The notes under the pieces: model-generated | The model's database searches: none | What the model was told of the DNA's origin: nothing | What the model saw: the letters and a program-made list of their open reading frames with translations, nothing else | Program-made: the position numbers and the translations under genes | Source of the DNA: an uncultured Gemmatimonadaceae bacterium | GTDB lineage: Bacteria; Gemmatimonadota; Gemmatimonadetes; Gemmatimonadales; Gemmatimonadaceae | Direction: 5' to 3' | NCBI GenBank assembly: GCA_963761305.1 | Contig: CAVXGK010000002.1 | Location: 64,001 to 128,000 of the forward strand | DNA length: 64,000 nt | Shown here: positions 1 through 9,495 of the stretch, piece by piece | Position numbering within the stretch: the stretch's first letter is position 1 | Layout of the letters: each line of letters starts with the position of its first letter

Positions 1-1
1 C

Positions 2-562
2 ACGCGGTTCGACGTCACGGTCGCCGGCCGACTCGAACAGTCGGCGGCGGCGTCGGCGCTTGCCACGTTCCGCGTGCTGAGCGCACTCGGCGGCCGCGGT
101 GCGATGACGCTGTTCCTCGTCGGCGGGGGACTCTACTACGCGATTCGGCGAAAGGGCCTGGAGCTCTCCGGATGGTGCGCGGCGTTCATCGGAGGGTCCT
201 TGCTCGACGCGGCGCTGCGTGTGGTCGTGCGTCGATCGGAGCTTCCATTCGCCGACGTTGTGCTCATCGATTGGGGAATGGGCCTGGTGAGCGGCAAGGC
301 GCTGGGCGTGGTCGTCGGCTACGGGATGATGGCGTATCTGCTGTCGACGCTCGTGCGTGGCGCGCTGACGCGCAGCTTCATCTCGATCTTCGCCATCGCG
401 ATGATCGTCGCGATCACGGTGAGCCGGCTCTACCTGGGCCAGCAGTACATCAGCGACGCGAGCGCGGGGCTCGCGGCTGGACTCGTGTGGGTGGTGGCGT
501 GCGTGACCGGAATCGAGATCGCCCGACAGCGGAAGTGGGGCGGGACCGCCGATGCGACCTAG
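2..562 (+). CDS. PAP2-family membrane protein, 5'-partial, catalytic motifs degenerate
   Basis: Frame open from window start; TM helices; SRLYLGQQYISD and VSGKA resemble PAP2 C3 (SRxxxxxHxxxD) and C2 (PSGH) motifs but lack the His residues. Confidence 0.7.
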   Translation, partial: TRFDVTVAGRLEQSAAASALATFRVLSALGGRGAMTLFLVGGGLYYAIRRKGLELSGWCAAFIGGSLLDAALRVVVRRSELPFADVVLIDWGMGLVSGKALGVVVGYGMMAYLLSTLVRGALTRSFISIFAIAMIVAITVSRLYLGQQYISDASAGLAAGLVWVVACVTGIEIARQRKWGGTADAT

Positions 563-1080
563 TGGCTTCCCGCTGGGGCCACTTCGTCTTCGCCAAGCAT
601 CGGCGGCGAGGCGAAGTCGATCTTGGCTTCCTTGAGCCAGCGCTCGAGCAACGAAGCGAGCGTCTTCTGATCGTCACTGCCGAGCCGGCGTAGCGCGGTC
701 ATCAACTGCGTTTGAATCGTCGTCGGCGCGTCCTCCAGCAGGGCGCGGCCGGACGGCGTCACGGCGATCTCGATGCGCCGGCGGTCCGTCGGCGACGACG
801 CGCGCGAAACGAAACCGCGCTCCACCAATCGGCGAACGACGACGGACACCGAACTCTGGTGCGTCGCGGTGCGCTCGGCCAACTCGTTGAGAGAATCCGC
901 CGACCGCTCAGTCAGCTGTTGCAGGACGAACAACTGCGCCAGGCTGATGCCCATCTTGAGCTCGATCGCGCGCGTGTTCACCCGGAACGCGCGCACGATG
1001 CTCCGCACGGCGTTCATCGACCGGTCGACAGGCCGATCGTTGTTCAGCGGGGGAGCGCTCGGCGTCAGATTGGCACCCAT
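559..1080 (-). CDS. MarR-family transcriptional regulator
   Basis: wHTH pattern ISLAQLFVL...SSVSVVVRRLVERGFV...DRRR...TPSG; start could be ATG near 1017. Confidence 0.9.
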   Translation of the reverse strand: MGANLTPSAPPLNNDRPVDRSMNAVRSIVRAFRVNTRAIELKMGISLAQLFVLQQLTERSADSLNELAERTATHQSSVSVVVRRLVERGFVSRASSPTDRRRIEIAVTPSGRALLEDAPTTIQTQLMTALRRLGSDDQKTLASLLERWLKEAKIDFASPPMLGEDEVAPAGSH

Positions 1081-1143
1081 GGTGCAGAACGTAGCTGTCG
1101 AAGCCGCGCTTCAACAAGGGGTCCAACGGAGGTAGCGAGCCGG

Positions 1144-3432
1144 TCAATTGGTCGCCAACTTCGATTTCTCGCCTTTGAGCTTGGCGTCGTACCACGCCAG
1201 CACTCGACGCCACATGTCGAGGAAGTCGTCCGCGGTCGCGGTTCCGGCGCCGTGGCCGCCGTTCATGTAGTCCACCCACACGACTTCCTTCCCGAGCCGG
1301 CGAAGCGCGTAGTACATCTCGCGGGTGTTGTCGGCGGGCACGTTGGAATCCTGCGCGCCGGTGACGAGCATGAGCGGCGTGGTGATCCGATCGGCGAACA
1401 ACACGGCCGAGTGCTGCTCGTACTTCTGCGGCTGCTGCCACATCGTGGCGCCGATGCGGTCCTGCGTCTTCTCGGCCGCGTTGACGTTGCGAACCCCGAG
1501 GCGCGGGCTATCGGTGTAGAAGCTGATCAGATCCACCTTGCCCGAGATGTTCACGGCGGCCTTGAAGCGATTCGTCTGTGTGACGAGCAGGTTCGTGGCG
1601 TACCCGCCGTAGCTCGTGCCTTGCACGGCCATCTTCGACGAGTCGGTGATGCCCATCTCGATCAGCTTGTTGGCGGCGGCGGTCACGCCCTTGAGCCAGG
1701 CTTCGCCCGGAAAGCCGATGTCGAAATCGACCGACGGTTGCACGACGACGTAGCCGTGCCCGGCGAGCAGCGCGAGCTGCGAGTTGAACGTGTCGTCGAA
1801 GAAATCTTCGTACACGTTGAAGATCGTCGGATAGGCTTTGCCTTTCTGATAGTCGGGCGGATAGTAGACGACGGCGTACTTCTGATGGCCGTCGGCGTCG
1901 AGGAAAGGCACGAGCTCCGTCGCGCCGAGGCGCTTCGACTGGAGTTGCGGATTGCTCTCGACGACGCGGCGCGGCGACGCGAGCGATTCGTCGGCGACGT
2001 AGAGGTCGGCCGGATGATTCCCGTTGGCGATCGACAGCACGACCGTCTTGCCATCCTTCGACAGGCGAATGCCGGAGAACGTGCGTCCGTCGTGGACGAG
2101 CGTGGTCAACTGCTTCGCCGCGCGATCGTAGCGAAGCACGGAACGCTCCCACTTCGTGCGCGACGCCGACGTGAGATAGATGCGTTGACCGTCGTCCGTC
2201 CACGCGGCGAACGTCGTGCGCGGCGACGTAGGGACGGAATCGTCGGTGGCGACGACCTGATCGCGCGTTTGCGTGGCGACATCGACGAGCCACAACCCGT
2301 CGCGATTGGAGACGAGCACGGCGTCGCCCGTGGGGCTGAACCGCACGACGGAGAACCGCTCTTTGGCGGCGCGCTCACGTGCGGCCTTCGTCGTATCGGG
2401 CGGTGTCACGTCACCGGACTTTCGCTCCGCCGGTCCGGCGACCTGCTTCGCGTCCTTGTCGTCGATCGAGCCGACGTACACGCGGCCGTCCTTGGAGTAC
2501 GCGTAGTGGCGTCCGTCGTCGGCGAACTGCAGCTGCATGCCTTTCGTCGTCGCGAACACGACGTGCTCGGCGCCGCCGGCGCTCGGGCGCGCCCGAAGCG
2601 ACATCTCGCTGTTGAAGCTGTCGTAGTCGGTCTTCTTCTGAACGTCGACGTCGTAGCCGATTTCGGCGCCGTCTTTCGTGAGCGTGTACTGTCCGAGCAT
2701 CGTCTCCGGCACGAGGTCGCGCATCTCGTTCGTCTTCAAGTCGAACGCGACGACGCTGCGCACGTTGCCCAGGCGACGGACGTCGTCCCAGGCGAGGAAC
2801 GGATCGAGGCTCGACTGCACGAACACCGGACCGACGGTCATCGTCGTGAACGTGTCGTGCGCTTTCTTGCGCCACTCGGTCGTGTGCACCGCGAAGACGA
2901 GCGCCTTTCCGTCGGCCGTCCAACGCAAGTCACTGTTCTCGGCCACGTAGCGCCCCGCCGGCAGATGCACGACGGTCACGCGATCGGCTTTGCGATCCCA
3001 GACGGCCGGCTCGTAGACGTCGCCGTTGAACAGCAGCGACGCCAACCGATCGCCGTCGGGCGACCAGCGGGCGAGCCGCACCGGTCGCTTGTCGGGAAAG
3101 ACCGAACGCGTCGCGCCGGATTTCGTGTCGATGACGAGCAATCTGACCGGCACCGGATGCACGTACGTGGGGTCGCCGTCGCGCCGATAGTCCTGTCCGT
3201 ACGCGTCGCGCCGCACGGTCGACGTCACGGCCAGCCAGCGGCCGTCGTCGCTCAAGTCGGCGACGGAGGCGGTCGTCATGTCGAGCGCGTCCTCCATGGT
3301 GAATGCCGCACTGGTCGTCGGCGCCGACGCCGTCGTACGCGTCGCCGGTCCGCCGTTCTGCGCGAGAGCGTTGACGCCGGCGAACGCCAGCGCGGCGGCG
3401 GCAAATGGAGCAGCGAAGAGATGCGAGCGCAT
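1144..3432 (-). CDS. S9 prolyl oligopeptidase-family peptidase, secreted
   Basis: Signal peptide, WSPDG propeller repeats, GTSYGG nucleophile, DSNV Asp, GGHG His. Confidence 0.9.
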   Translation of the reverse strand: MRSHLFAAPFAAAALAFAGVNALAQNGGPATRTTASAPTTSAAFTMEDALDMTTASVADLSDDGRWLAVTSTVRRDAYGQDYRRDGDPTYVHPVPVRLLVIDTKSGATRSVFPDKRPVRLARWSPDGDRLASLLFNGDVYEPAVWDRKADRVTVVHLPAGRYVAENSDLRWTADGKALVFAVHTTEWRKKAHDTFTTMTVGPVFVQSSLDPFLAWDDVRRLGNVRSVVAFDLKTNEMRDLVPETMLGQYTLTKDGAEIGYDVDVQKKTDYDSFNSEMSLRARPSAGGAEHVVFATTKGMQLQFADDGRHYAYSKDGRVYVGSIDDKDAKQVAGPAERKSGDVTPPDTTKAARERAAKERFSVVRFSPTGDAVLVSNRDGLWLVDVATQTRDQVVATDDSVPTSPRTTFAAWTDDGQRIYLTSASRTKWERSVLRYDRAAKQLTTLVHDGRTFSGIRLSKDGKTVVLSIANGNHPADLYVADESLASPRRVVESNPQLQSKRLGATELVPFLDADGHQKYAVVYYPPDYQKGKAYPTIFNVYEDFFDDTFNSQLALLAGHGYVVVQPSVDFDIGFPGEAWLKGVTAAANKLIEMGITDSSKMAVQGTSYGGYATNLLVTQTNRFKAAVNISGKVDLISFYTDSPRLGVRNVNAAEKTQDRIGATMWQQPQKYEQHSAVLFADRITTPLMLVTGAQDSNVPADNTREMYYALRRLGKEVVWVDYMNGGHGAGTATADDFLDMWRRVLAWYDAKLKGEKSKLATN

Positions 3433-3507
3433 ACGACATCCACGAGAGGAAGGTGGACGTTCAATGTGCTCGCGGGTCGAGGTTGTCGCTAGCGAGGCGA
3501 CGACTTG

Positions 3508-5220
3508 TCAGGGAACGATGATGGTGCGCATGGCCGCGGTGGTCGAGCGAGTGGTTTCGGCCGTCACGGCGAGCTCGTACGTGCCGGAGCGGAGTCGGGA
3601 CAGGTCGACGCGGACTCCGCGGGCGGCGATTCCGTCGTGCTTTTCCGGCACCTCGTCCCACTGCAAGCGCAGCCCGGTCGTCGGGTCGGCGAGGTGGACG
3701 CGCTCGATGGCGCGGCGCATCCAGCTCACGCCGACCTGCTGCACGCTCACCGTGAAATGGACCGGCTCTCCCTTGTCGCGCAGGCCGTATGCCTCCCAGT
3801 AGACGCCCACCGCACGCGCCATGGGAATCTCCGTGCTCGACAAGGCGTTGTCGCGCGCCGCGGCGAAATCGGCATTGGGTGACGCGTCCGGTCTGTAGAG
3901 CAGCAGGTCGGACAGCGTGACGCCGTTCGAGTCGAGCGCGGTGAACCCCTCACGGCGCCGCGCGGCGCGTCGGTCCGCCGTCGCCAGAAGCTCGAGGCTC
4001 ACCACACCGGAGTCACCGATCACCGTTGCGACTAATGAGCCGTTGGCTTTCGCCGAGTCCTGCCGCGCAGCAGTCAGCGGCGCGCCGTCGGTGACGACAG
4101 CGAGCGACGCGGTGAGCGGCCGGCCGATCAGCGTCGTGTCGCGGCGCGCGTCCCACGCGGCCACGACGAGGATCGAGTCGCCTCTCCTGAATCGCGCGAT
4201 CTGACTCGGCAGGTCGTGCACCGAACGCGCGTAGGCCGGCGCGTAGCCCGTGCGGGCGAAGCGGTCGTCGAGCGTCCAGTCGTCGTCGGTGATGCGCGCC
4301 ACATGGTCGACGCCGTGAACGCTCGGCATGAAGTCGTACGGCATTCCCGCGTCGTGCCCGGTGACGCGAATGCGCGAATCGAGCATCATGCTCTGAAAGC
4401 CGCGCGAATACCACTCCGGCCAGCCGTAGCGCATCATGAGCTCGCGCACGTCGTCACCCCATGCCTCGCCGTCGGGTGTGGCGGAGTGTTCGACGATGCG
4501 TGCACGGGTATAGCGGGCGAGGTGCTCGGTGAACAGATCGGTCGTGCTCACGGAATAGAGCGGCGCACCCAGGCGAAGAATCTGCCGCGCGAGGGAGTCG
4601 CGCGTCTCGCACGGCAGATGGGAGAATCGGTCGGCCAGGCGGTCGTCGAGCAGATCGGAGATGTCCAGCCACCGGCATCGCTCAGCGAGGTCCATCGCAG
4701 CGAGCGCGATGGTGAACTGCGAATCGGCGATCGCGAAGCGTTTGTCCAGGTGCGCGGCGAATCCGGCGAGCGCGGCGCACCACGCCGTTCCCGCGGCGCA
4801 CCGTGTCGTGGCGAAGCGAATCGCGTCGTCGGCGCGCTGTGACTCGCCGAGGTAGCGCACGTACTGGCCGGCAAGCCATGGATCAGCGGTCAGGCGTGAT
4901 GTGGCGGTGTCGAGCTGTGCGACGAGCGCGTTCAGTCGGGCGCGAATGTCGGCCGGCACCTCGGGCGGCGGGGCCTCGTCGGTGTCGTCGCCGCGCCAAT
5001 AGCAGTAGCGTCCGATGTGAACGTCGCAGGGACCGCCGCCGTCGGGGCGCACCGGGAGGCGATTGCGTCGAAACGCCTCGAAGGCTCGCTGCGCGGATTC
5101 GGCCGAGCGTCGCAGCCGAACCGAATCCGCGCGAGAGACCGCCGAGGAGTCCGAGGGCCCCTGAAAGAGCGCTCCGTGAACGAGCAGCGCGCCCGCGACG
5201 ACGACGTCGATCAGCGCCAC
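3508..5220 (-). CDS. Secreted hypothetical protein, GWxTD-like
   Basis: 570 aa, signal-like N-terminus, WGDDVRELMMRYGWP similar to the GWxTD-family RYG.P motif, Ig-like C-terminus. Confidence 0.55.
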   Translation of the reverse strand: MALIDVVVAGALLVHGALFQGPSDSSAVSRADSVRLRRSAESAQRAFEAFRRNRLPVRPDGGGPCDVHIGRYCYWRGDDTDEAPPPEVPADIRARLNALVAQLDTATSRLTADPWLAGQYVRYLGESQRADDAIRFATTRCAAGTAWCAALAGFAAHLDKRFAIADSQFTIALAAMDLAERCRWLDISDLLDDRLADRFSHLPCETRDSLARQILRLGAPLYSVSTTDLFTEHLARYTRARIVEHSATPDGEAWGDDVRELMMRYGWPEWYSRGFQSMMLDSRIRVTGHDAGMPYDFMPSVHGVDHVARITDDDWTLDDRFARTGYAPAYARSVHDLPSQIARFRRGDSILVVAAWDARRDTTLIGRPLTASLAVVTDGAPLTAARQDSAKANGSLVATVIGDSGVVSLELLATADRRAARRREGFTALDSNGVTLSDLLLYRPDASPNADFAAARDNALSSTEIPMARAVGVYWEAYGLRDKGEPVHFTVSVQQVGVSWMRRAIERVHLADPTTGLRLQWDEVPEKHDGIAARGVRVDLSRLRSGTYELAVTAETTRSTTAAMRTIIVP

Positions 5221-5245
5221 GGCCTCCTCACATGGTCAACGCCGG

Positions 5246-7183
5246 CTACGGCTCTCCGAGCGCCAGGAACGGACCCGGGTTCGCCGAGAGACCGATGTCG
5301 TCGACGACCACCGTGCCGGCGACGAGGCGATCGAACACAAGACGAATCGAGCGGAGATGCGACGGATCGAACTGCGGCGACGCTTGGGCAAAATCCGCCA
5401 GCGGCAGCACGTACGTTTGCAGCACCATCTCGTACTGCGTCGGATAGCGCTGCTGCTCCTGGTCGTGTCGGCGCAGGATGTGAATCTCGAGCGGCCTGCG
5501 CGGCACGCCGAAGCGGCTGAGCGGGAGCCGCGCGACGTGTCCGGCGGCGTCGGCCAACTCGACGGTCAGATCGACCGGCGTCGAGTCCTTTCCGGCCTTG
5601 GGCTCCGGCTTCTTGGGCGGCGTTTTCTTTTCGTCCTTCTTGGTGCTGTCGGCTTTCTTGGTCGTGTCGCGCGCCGGCGAACGCGGGCCGGGCTTGGCGT
5701 CGGTCGGCGCAAGCGAGAGATACACGGCCGATTCGCGCGAGAGGCCGAGGCTCCCGACGAGGGAGTCGCTCATCGCGATCGTGTACGAGGCCGGCTTGCC
5801 GAGCTTCGTTGTGTCGTCGCCGCGGATGTGGTTGTTCCAACCGAGCGTCACCGCGTTGGTGTTGATCGGATCGTTCTGCCCGCTGCGCAGGTTGAGCGCG
5901 TTCTCTTTCCACGTTGCAAGACTATCGCCTGAGAGGGTAACCCCCGGCACGGAGCCGGTCGTCACGTCGACGTCCTCTTCGAACGTGGCCAGCGGCTTGA
6001 AGCCCGATTCCTCGAAGCGCGTGATATACATCGTTTTGGGCAGCCACGCGCCGATCAACCGATGGTCGCGGAACATCGGCAGATACTCGGTCTTTCCGTG
6101 CAGCGTCGCCTCGAGGAATCCGCCGATCACCACTTTGCTGAACTGCCGCTGTTCTTCGGGCGTGATCAGTCCGCGCAGGTCGAGGTAGCGGCCACTGCGC
6201 GGGCCGTTGTCCTTGTTGCCCCACACGGTGTTCCACTGCCCGTGGTTGGCGCGATAGACGTACCACGCCGCCTTGAACCACGGCTTGCCGTCGGTGAACC
6301 GAATGCGCTGGAAGGTGCGCAGTCCGTTGAAGGAGGACACGTCCCCGTCGTGCGAACCGTGAATCACCATGTAGTTCACGTTCTCGATCGGTGTCCACTG
6401 GCCGGCCGGCTTGTACTGGCCGTCCACCGGCGCGATGGCGAACACGGACTTGATGTCGAAGTTGAAATTGAACTTGACGTTCGCGTCGTCCGGGTAGTGG
6501 CTGAGCCGATTGAACGCCGCCGCGATCCCGACCGCTTCGCCGCCGCGCGAGTGGCCCATGATCGCGATGTTGTGCATGTCCACCTTGTGCGAGAACGGGC
6601 CGGCCGAACTGTCGTTCCAGCGCTTCCAGTCCTCGATGTGCTTGAGCAGCAGCCAGGCGCGTCCGTCGCTTTCGCCGCGCAGGTTGCCGTTGATGAAATT
6701 CTCATCGACGGAAACGAGGATGAACCCGCGCGACGCGAGCAGCTCGCCCAGGTAGCCGTAGCCCGGATCGGAGTAGTCGAGCGGATCGTGGTTGCCGTGC
6801 ACGATGAGCACGAGCGGGAAGGGGCCGTTGCCCGCCGGATACCAGACGCGCCCGTTGATCGGCACCTTGCTGAACCCGAAGCCCCAATCTTTCTCGCGCG
6901 CCTTGGCGTTGTCGGGTTCCGTCTGTACGAACGGCGAGACGTCCACCGTCTTCGTCTTGATCGTGACCGAATCGCGGTACTCGGCTCGGCGCTTGTCGGT
7001 GCCGCTCCCGTAGTAGAGCGTCTTGACGGCGAGGGATCCCTTTTCGCCGGGGTCCGGCGCCGAGATCAACTGGTGAGAGAGAACGGTCGGCGAATCGTCC
7101 TTGGTGAGCACGAGCGCCTGCGTGCAGCCCAGAATCATCAGGGCCGCGGCGGCCACGGCGGCTCGGTTTCGAGTGGCGTGCAT
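5246..7183 (-). CDS. Alpha/beta hydrolase lipoprotein
   Basis: ATG at 7183 overlaps the upstream TAA (TAATG); lipobox ILGC; GHSRGG nucleophile; HGNH; ANHGQWN. Confidence 0.8.
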   Translation of the reverse strand: MHATRNRAAVAAAALMILGCTQALVLTKDDSPTVLSHQLISAPDPGEKGSLAVKTLYYGSGTDKRRAEYRDSVTIKTKTVDVSPFVQTEPDNAKAREKDWGFGFSKVPINGRVWYPAGNGPFPLVLIVHGNHDPLDYSDPGYGYLGELLASRGFILVSVDENFINGNLRGESDGRAWLLLKHIEDWKRWNDSSAGPFSHKVDMHNIAIMGHSRGGEAVGIAAAFNRLSHYPDDANVKFNFNFDIKSVFAIAPVDGQYKPAGQWTPIENVNYMVIHGSHDGDVSSFNGLRTFQRIRFTDGKPWFKAAWYVYRANHGQWNTVWGNKDNGPRSGRYLDLRGLITPEEQRQFSKVVIGGFLEATLHGKTEYLPMFRDHRLIGAWLPKTMYITRFEESGFKPLATFEEDVDVTTGSVPGVTLSGDSLATWKENALNLRSGQNDPINTNAVTLGWNNHIRGDDTTKLGKPASYTIAMSDSLVGSLGLSRESAVYLSLAPTDAKPGPRSPARDTTKKADSTKKDEKKTPPKKPEPKAGKDSTPVDLTVELADAAGHVARLPLSRFGVPRRPLEIHILRRHDQEQQRYPTQYEMVLQTYVLPLADFAQASPQFDPSHLRSIRLVFDRLVAGTVVVDDIGLSANPGPFLALGEP

Positions 7184-8154
7184 TAGCGAATCCTCAAGCC
7201 GATGCGATTGCCGATCCGGCCGCCGCTCAGGGTCTCGAGCGCGTAGTCGATCGACAGGCGATCCATCGTGAAGCCGGCGCCGGCGGTCACGGCGTCTTCG
7301 CCCGGCAGCGGGCGCCGCGCGCCGACGCGGAGGGCGATGTTGTAGCCGCTCAGCCAACTGTAGTTCATCTCGAGGCCGCCGGCGGGCGAGAGGGTGTTGG
7401 TGCGGATCCACGAAACGGCGGTCGTGGCGAACCAGTCGAATTCTCCGAGCTGTCCGCCGCGGGATGCGCCGACAGTCGCTGTGCGCGGCAGGTTCACTCC
7501 CACGTCCTCCTCAAATGGCCCCGTCCCGCTCGGAGGAATGCCGGGGCCTGGGGGCGTGATCAGGTGAAAATCCTGTCCGATGTTCTGCACCGACGCGCCG
7601 AACGTGTACGAGCCGAACAACTGCTTTGAGACTCCGAGGTCGAGGAGCCCCCGCGTGAATCGCGTACTGAAGTCCTCGTCCTGCGCCACCTTTCCAGCAA
7701 TACCCACGCGCCACCCCTTCACGACCTGCGCGAGGCCCGCGCTCGCCTCGACGGAGGTCGCCGGACTTGAGCTTGGGTCGAACAGCGAGGGAATCGTGAT
7801 CGGTTCACCCAACAGAACCGACCCGAAACCGGGGCGATAGTAATTCGCCATCCGCATTCCGATGCCGATGCCGCCGCCATTGAATCGGGTCACCGCCGAC
7901 AACGCCGTCAGGCCGACGTTGCTCGAAAAGCGCTCGGCGGAAATGCTGTATCCGTTCGCCACCGCGAGTTGCGCGGGGTTGAAGAACAGCACGTCGTCGT
8001 CTCGACTGGTCACGCCCACATCACCGAGCGCCAGCGTGCGAGCGCTCGACGGAAGGACGAGCACGATCGGGCCGAGCGCAGGCGTCTGCGCTCGCGCCGT
8101 GACGACGGGACCGGTGACGATCGCGACGAGAAACGTGAGGCGGCGAAGATTCAT
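7183..8154 (-). CDS. PorV/FadL-like outer membrane beta-barrel protein
   Basis: Signal peptide, SARTLALG and FFNPAQLA N-terminal motifs typical of PorV/FadL-like barrels, alternating beta strands. Confidence 0.65.
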   Translation of the reverse strand: MNLRRLTFLVAIVTGPVVTARAQTPALGPIVLVLPSSARTLALGDVGVTSRDDDVLFFNPAQLAVANGYSISAERFSSNVGLTALSAVTRFNGGGIGIGMRMANYYRPGFGSVLLGEPITIPSLFDPSSSPATSVEASAGLAQVVKGWRVGIAGKVAQDEDFSTRFTRGLLDLGVSKQLFGSYTFGASVQNIGQDFHLITPPGPGIPPSGTGPFEEDVGVNLPRTATVGASRGGQLGEFDWFATTAVSWIRTNTLSPAGGLEMNYSWLSGYNIALRVGARRPLPGEDAVTAGAGFTMDRLSIDYALETLSGGRIGNRIGLRIR

Positions 8155-8186
8155 GACGAAGGCGTGTGTCAGAGGTTGGAGTCGAG

Positions 8187-9272
8187 TCAGTTATCGCCCG
8201 GCAACGTCTTCAGAAAATCAGCGAGGTGCGGACCCCAGATCGCCGGCAGCGAATGCGTGCCGTGCCCGCGCGTCTGGTCGGTGATCGGCAACAACACGAA
8301 CTTCGCGTTCTTCACCCGTTTGATCAGCTGTTCGGCGATCCCCAGCTCGGGCGGATTCACGAAGTCGTCCATCGAATTGATCGCCAGCACGCGCGCCGTG
8401 ATCTTCTCGAGATTCGGCGACGGATCGTAGTCGCGCGATGCGTTGAACGCGTACACGACGTCGTTCGCGTCGTGCGTCCTCACGTTCTGGTCGAGATACG
8501 CGCGGATCGCCGAGTCGGCCTGGTCGCGCGTCGGCGCCTGCTTCTGCTGCACCTTGGGCGCCGACGTCATGATGAACAGCATGCCCATCGCCTGGCGGAG
8601 GCCGGCCGGCTGCGCGGTGTAGTCGCCGCCGTTGTAGCCCGGGTCATTCTGGATGAAATCCATGATCATCGTGCGAATCATCCGGTTTCGGCCGGCGATC
8701 TGCATCGGCAGACACGCCAGCGGTACCAGGCCGTCCACGAAATCGGGATACCGCTCGCCCCAGACCCACGCGTGCATGCAGCCCATCGACGTACCCATGA
8801 CCAGGCGCAGATGGCTGACGCCGAGCGCCTTGGTGAGCAGCTCGTGCTGGGCGTCGACCATGTCGTCGTAGGTGTACTTCGGGAACCGTGCGTGCATGCC
8901 GTCGCTTGGTTTGCTCGAGTGCCCGTGGCCGATGCCGTCGGGGAGGATCACGAAGTAGTTCGCCGTGTCGAGCAGTTGGCCGTGCCCGAACAGCTCCCCG
9001 GCGTAGGTGCGACTCACGAATCCGCTGCCCGAGCCGGTGGTGCCGTGGAGGATCATCACCGCGTTCCGGACCACACCCGCGGCATCGCGGCGCGGCGTCC
9101 CGAAGGTGATGTAGTGAATACGCAACTCGGCGAGCGTTTCGCCGCTCGCGAAGCGGAAGTTGTGGATCGTATAATCCTTGCCGGCCGGAACCTGCTGCGC
9201 CCGGGCGGCCAGGGGGACAACCAGAATGGAGACGGCGGCGAACGCGATCAGTCGACGGATGGCGGACGGCAT
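8187..9272 (-). CDS. Homoserine O-acetyltransferase-like (MetX-fold) secreted alpha/beta hydrolase
   Basis: Signal peptide from MPSAIRR, LHGTTG, GTSMG nucleophile, DDFVN, GHGTH. Confidence 0.8.
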   Translation of the reverse strand: MPSAIRRLIAFAAVSILVVPLAARAQQVPAGKDYTIHNFRFASGETLAELRIHYITFGTPRRDAAGVVRNAVMILHGTTGSGSGFVSRTYAGELFGHGQLLDTANYFVILPDGIGHGHSSKPSDGMHARFPKYTYDDMVDAQHELLTKALGVSHLRLVMGTSMGCMHAWVWGERYPDFVDGLVPLACLPMQIAGRNRMIRTMIMDFIQNDPGYNGGDYTAQPAGLRQAMGMLFIMTSAPKVQQKQAPTRDQADSAIRAYLDQNVRTHDANDVVYAFNASRDYDPSPNLEKITARVLAINSMDDFVNPPELGIAEQLIKRVKNAKFVLLPITDQTRGHGTHSLPAIWGPHLADFLKTLPGDN

Positions 9273-9399
9273 GGCCTCACCGGGGTGGATGGCGTGCTGC
9301 GACGTTAGCCGCCCGACCCTCAATTCGACAGCCCAATCCGGTTGAACGTTGACTAACCTTCCTTGAGCCGCGGGCGGACGCTTTCCGTCGCGAGCCCCG

Positions 9400-9495
9400 T
9401 CAGCAGCGCGCCAACCAAAGGATGAGACCCATCTCGACGGTGGCCGCGATGATCCCGAAGACCAACGCTGCACGAAATCCCTTGCTGAGATTCAT
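9400..9495 (-). CDS. Possible 31-aa single-TM peptide
   Basis: MNLSKGFRAALVFGIIAATVEMGLILWLARC; protein-like hydrophobic composition in otherwise intergenic space; no clear RBS. Confidence 0.35.
   Translation of the reverse strand: MNLSKGFRAALVFGIIAATVEMGLILWLARC

Noticed and set aside
712..3492. Long shadow ORFs (also 12978-14498, 40332-43235, 46211-49648, 15871-17748)
   Set aside because: They overlap well-supported genes and have R/A/G/H-rich shadow composition
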